From NCBI RefSeq assembly GCF_020745735.1, contig NW_026867531.1, forward strand, positions 372,001 to 436,000: a stretch of DNA of 64,000 nucleotides, written 5' to 3'. The notes below the pieces were generated by a model. That model was not told where the DNA came from, made no database searches, and saw only the letters and a list, made by a program, of their open reading frames with translations. This DNA is from Hemiscyllium ocellatum. Taxonomy: Eukaryota. A program made the translations under genes and the position numbers. Positions 61,868 to 64,000 of this stretch are shown one piece after another; within the stretch, counting starts at the first letter, position 1, and the number at the start of each line of letters is the position of its first letter.

Positions 61868-64000
61868 GAACATAGAACATAGAAAAATACAGCGCAGTAC
61901 AGGCCCTTCGGCCCTCGATGTTGCGCCGACCAAAGTCTACCTAACCTACACTAGCCCAATAACCTCCATATGCTTATCCAATGCCCTCTTAAATGACCAT
62001 AAAGAGGGACAGTTCTCCACTGCTACTGGCAGGGCATTCCATGAACTCACAACCCGCTGAGTAAAGAATCTACCCCTCACATCTGTCCTATACCTACCAC
62101 CCCTTAATTTAAAACTGTCCCCTAGTAACAGCTGACTCCATTAACAGAAAAAGGTTCTCAGTGTCTACCCTATCTAAACCCCTAATCATCTTGTACACCT
62201 CTATAAATCTCCCCTAAACCTTCTTTTCTCCAATAAGAACAGCCCCGAGTGCCTCAGCCTTTCCTCATGATCTTCCTACCATGCCAGGCAACATCCTGGT
62301 AAACCTCCTCTGCACTCGTTCCAATGCCTCCACATCCTTCCTATAGTATGGCGACCAAAACTGCACACAATACTCCAGATGAGGCCGCACCAGAGTCTTA
62401 TACAACTGCAACATGACCTCAGGACTCTGGAACTCAATTCCTCTTCCAATAAAGTCCAGTACACCATATGCCTTCTTCACAACTCTATTTACCTGGGTGG
62501 CAACTTTCAGAGATCTGTGTACATGGACACCAAGATCCCTCTGCTCATCCACACTACCAAGTCGCCTACCATTAGCCCAGTAATCCATCTTCTTGTTACT
62601 CCTACCAAAGTGAATTACTTCACACTTAGCTACATTGAACTCCATTTGCCACCTTTCTGCCCAGCTCTGCAACTTATCTATATCCCGCTGTAACCTGCCA
62701 CATCCTTCTTCGCTGTCCACAACTCCACCGAATTTCGTGTCATCCGCAAACTTGCTCACCCAGCTTTCAAGCCCCTCCTCGAGATCATTTATAAAGATGA
62801 CAAATATCAATGGTCCCAAAACAGATCCTTGTGGAACACCGCTAGTAACTGCACTCCAAAATGAACCTATTCCATCAACTACTACCCTCTGTCTCCTTCC
62901 AGCCAGCCAATTCCTAATCCAAACCTCTAATGCACCCTCAATGCCATACCTCTGTAGTTTTTGCTTTAGCCTACCATGGGATACTTTATTGAATGCCTTG
63001 CTAAAATCCATATACACCACATCTACCGCTTTACCCTCGTCCACCTCCTTAGTCACCTTCTCAAAGAACTCAATAAGATTTGTGAGGCATGACCTTCCCT
63101 TCACGAAACCATGCTGACTATCCTTGATCACATTATTGCTATCCAGATGTTCATAAATCCTATCCCTTACAATTCTCTCTAAGACTTTGCCCACAACAGA
63201 AGTGAGACTCACTGGCCTATAGTTACTCGGGCTATCCCTACTCCCCTTCTTGAACAAGGGGACCACATTCGCTATCCTCCAGTCTTCTGGCACTATTCCC
63301 GTAGACAATGGTGACATAAAAATCAAGGCCAATGGCTCTGCTATCTCCTCCCTAGCTTCCCAGAGGATCCTAGGATAAATGCCATCAGGCCCAGGGGACT
63401 TATCTATTTTCATCCTTTCCAGTATTCCCCAGACTTCTTCCCTACATACCTCAAGGCCATCCATTCTAATCACTTGTGACTCACTATTCACATCAGCAAT
63501 AGTGTCCTGTTCCTGAGTGAATACTGACGAAAAGTATTGATTTAGTGTCTCTCCAATCTCCTCCGCCTCCACGCACAACTTCCCACTACTATCCTTGACT
63601 GGACCGATACCTACCCTAGTCATCCTTTTATTCATGACATACCTATCGAAAGCCTTTGGGTTTTCCCTAATCCTACCAACTAAGGACTTTTCATGTCCCC
63701 TTCTCGCTGCTCTTAGCTCTCTCTTTAGATCCTTCCTGGCTACCTTATAACTCTCAATCGCCCCAACTGAACCTCACGCCTCATCTTTACATAGGCCGCC
63801 TCTTCCCTTTCACAAGGGATTCCAATTCCTTATTAAACCACGGCTCCCTCACAAGAACCTTTACTCCCTGCCTGACTGGTACATACTTATCAAGGACACC
63901 CAATAGCTGTTCCTTGAACAATCTCCACATATCATTTGTGTTCTTCTCTTGAAGCCTATTTTTCCAATCCACGCATCCTAAGTCATGCCTCACCGCATCA
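61868..64000 (-). mobile_element. Young CR1 LINE (same subfamily as 25637-29437), running off the window; RT frame open 62265-63635 but frameshifted at both ends
   Basis: The 456-aa ORF is nearly identical to ORF2 of the 26457 copy. There is a 1-nt loss near 63775 (GTGAGGTT vs GTGAAGGTT) and small deletions near the 3' end. (AGAACAT)n tail at 61868-61885. Confidence 0.93.

Overview
This is vertebrate genomic DNA from a cartilaginous fish (shark). The evidence is shark-type IgM sequence, HE1-like V-SINEs and HER1/CR1 LINEs. The core of the window is one intact IgM heavy-chain minicluster on the + strand: TATA box, leader exon (42660-42708), VH exon (42837-43145) with a 22-bp-spacer RSS, a single 12/12 D (43515-43529), one JH (43923-43970), a 10.2-kb J-C intron, and Cmu1-Cmu4 plus the secretory tail (54142-60992). 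All introns are GT-AG and phase 1. No TM exons were recognised in the window. The first ~42 kb, the J-C intron and most of the C-region intron sequence are repeat-rich. They hold CR1 LINEs (one young copy with an intact 967-codon ORF2), Penelope-like (Neptune-type) elements, many short palindromic PLE derivatives carrying minimal hammerhead ribozymes, tRNA-derived V-SINEs, and 33-, 45- and 46-bp tandem repeats. Three observations stand out. (1) The VH appears already joined to the last 4 nt of D1 in the germline (VD1-D2-J). (2) The CR1 ORF1/ORF2 junction has an in-phase U_UUA_AAC -1 frameshift heptamer while ORF2 has no AUG ahead of its endonuclease, and the motif is retained in an older copy. 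(3) A recurrent asymmetric-palindrome architecture with 11-17 bp target duplications is shared by two unrelated hammerhead-bearing PLE families, which suggests two-template priming. All calls were made by eye; no alignment or database search was run.
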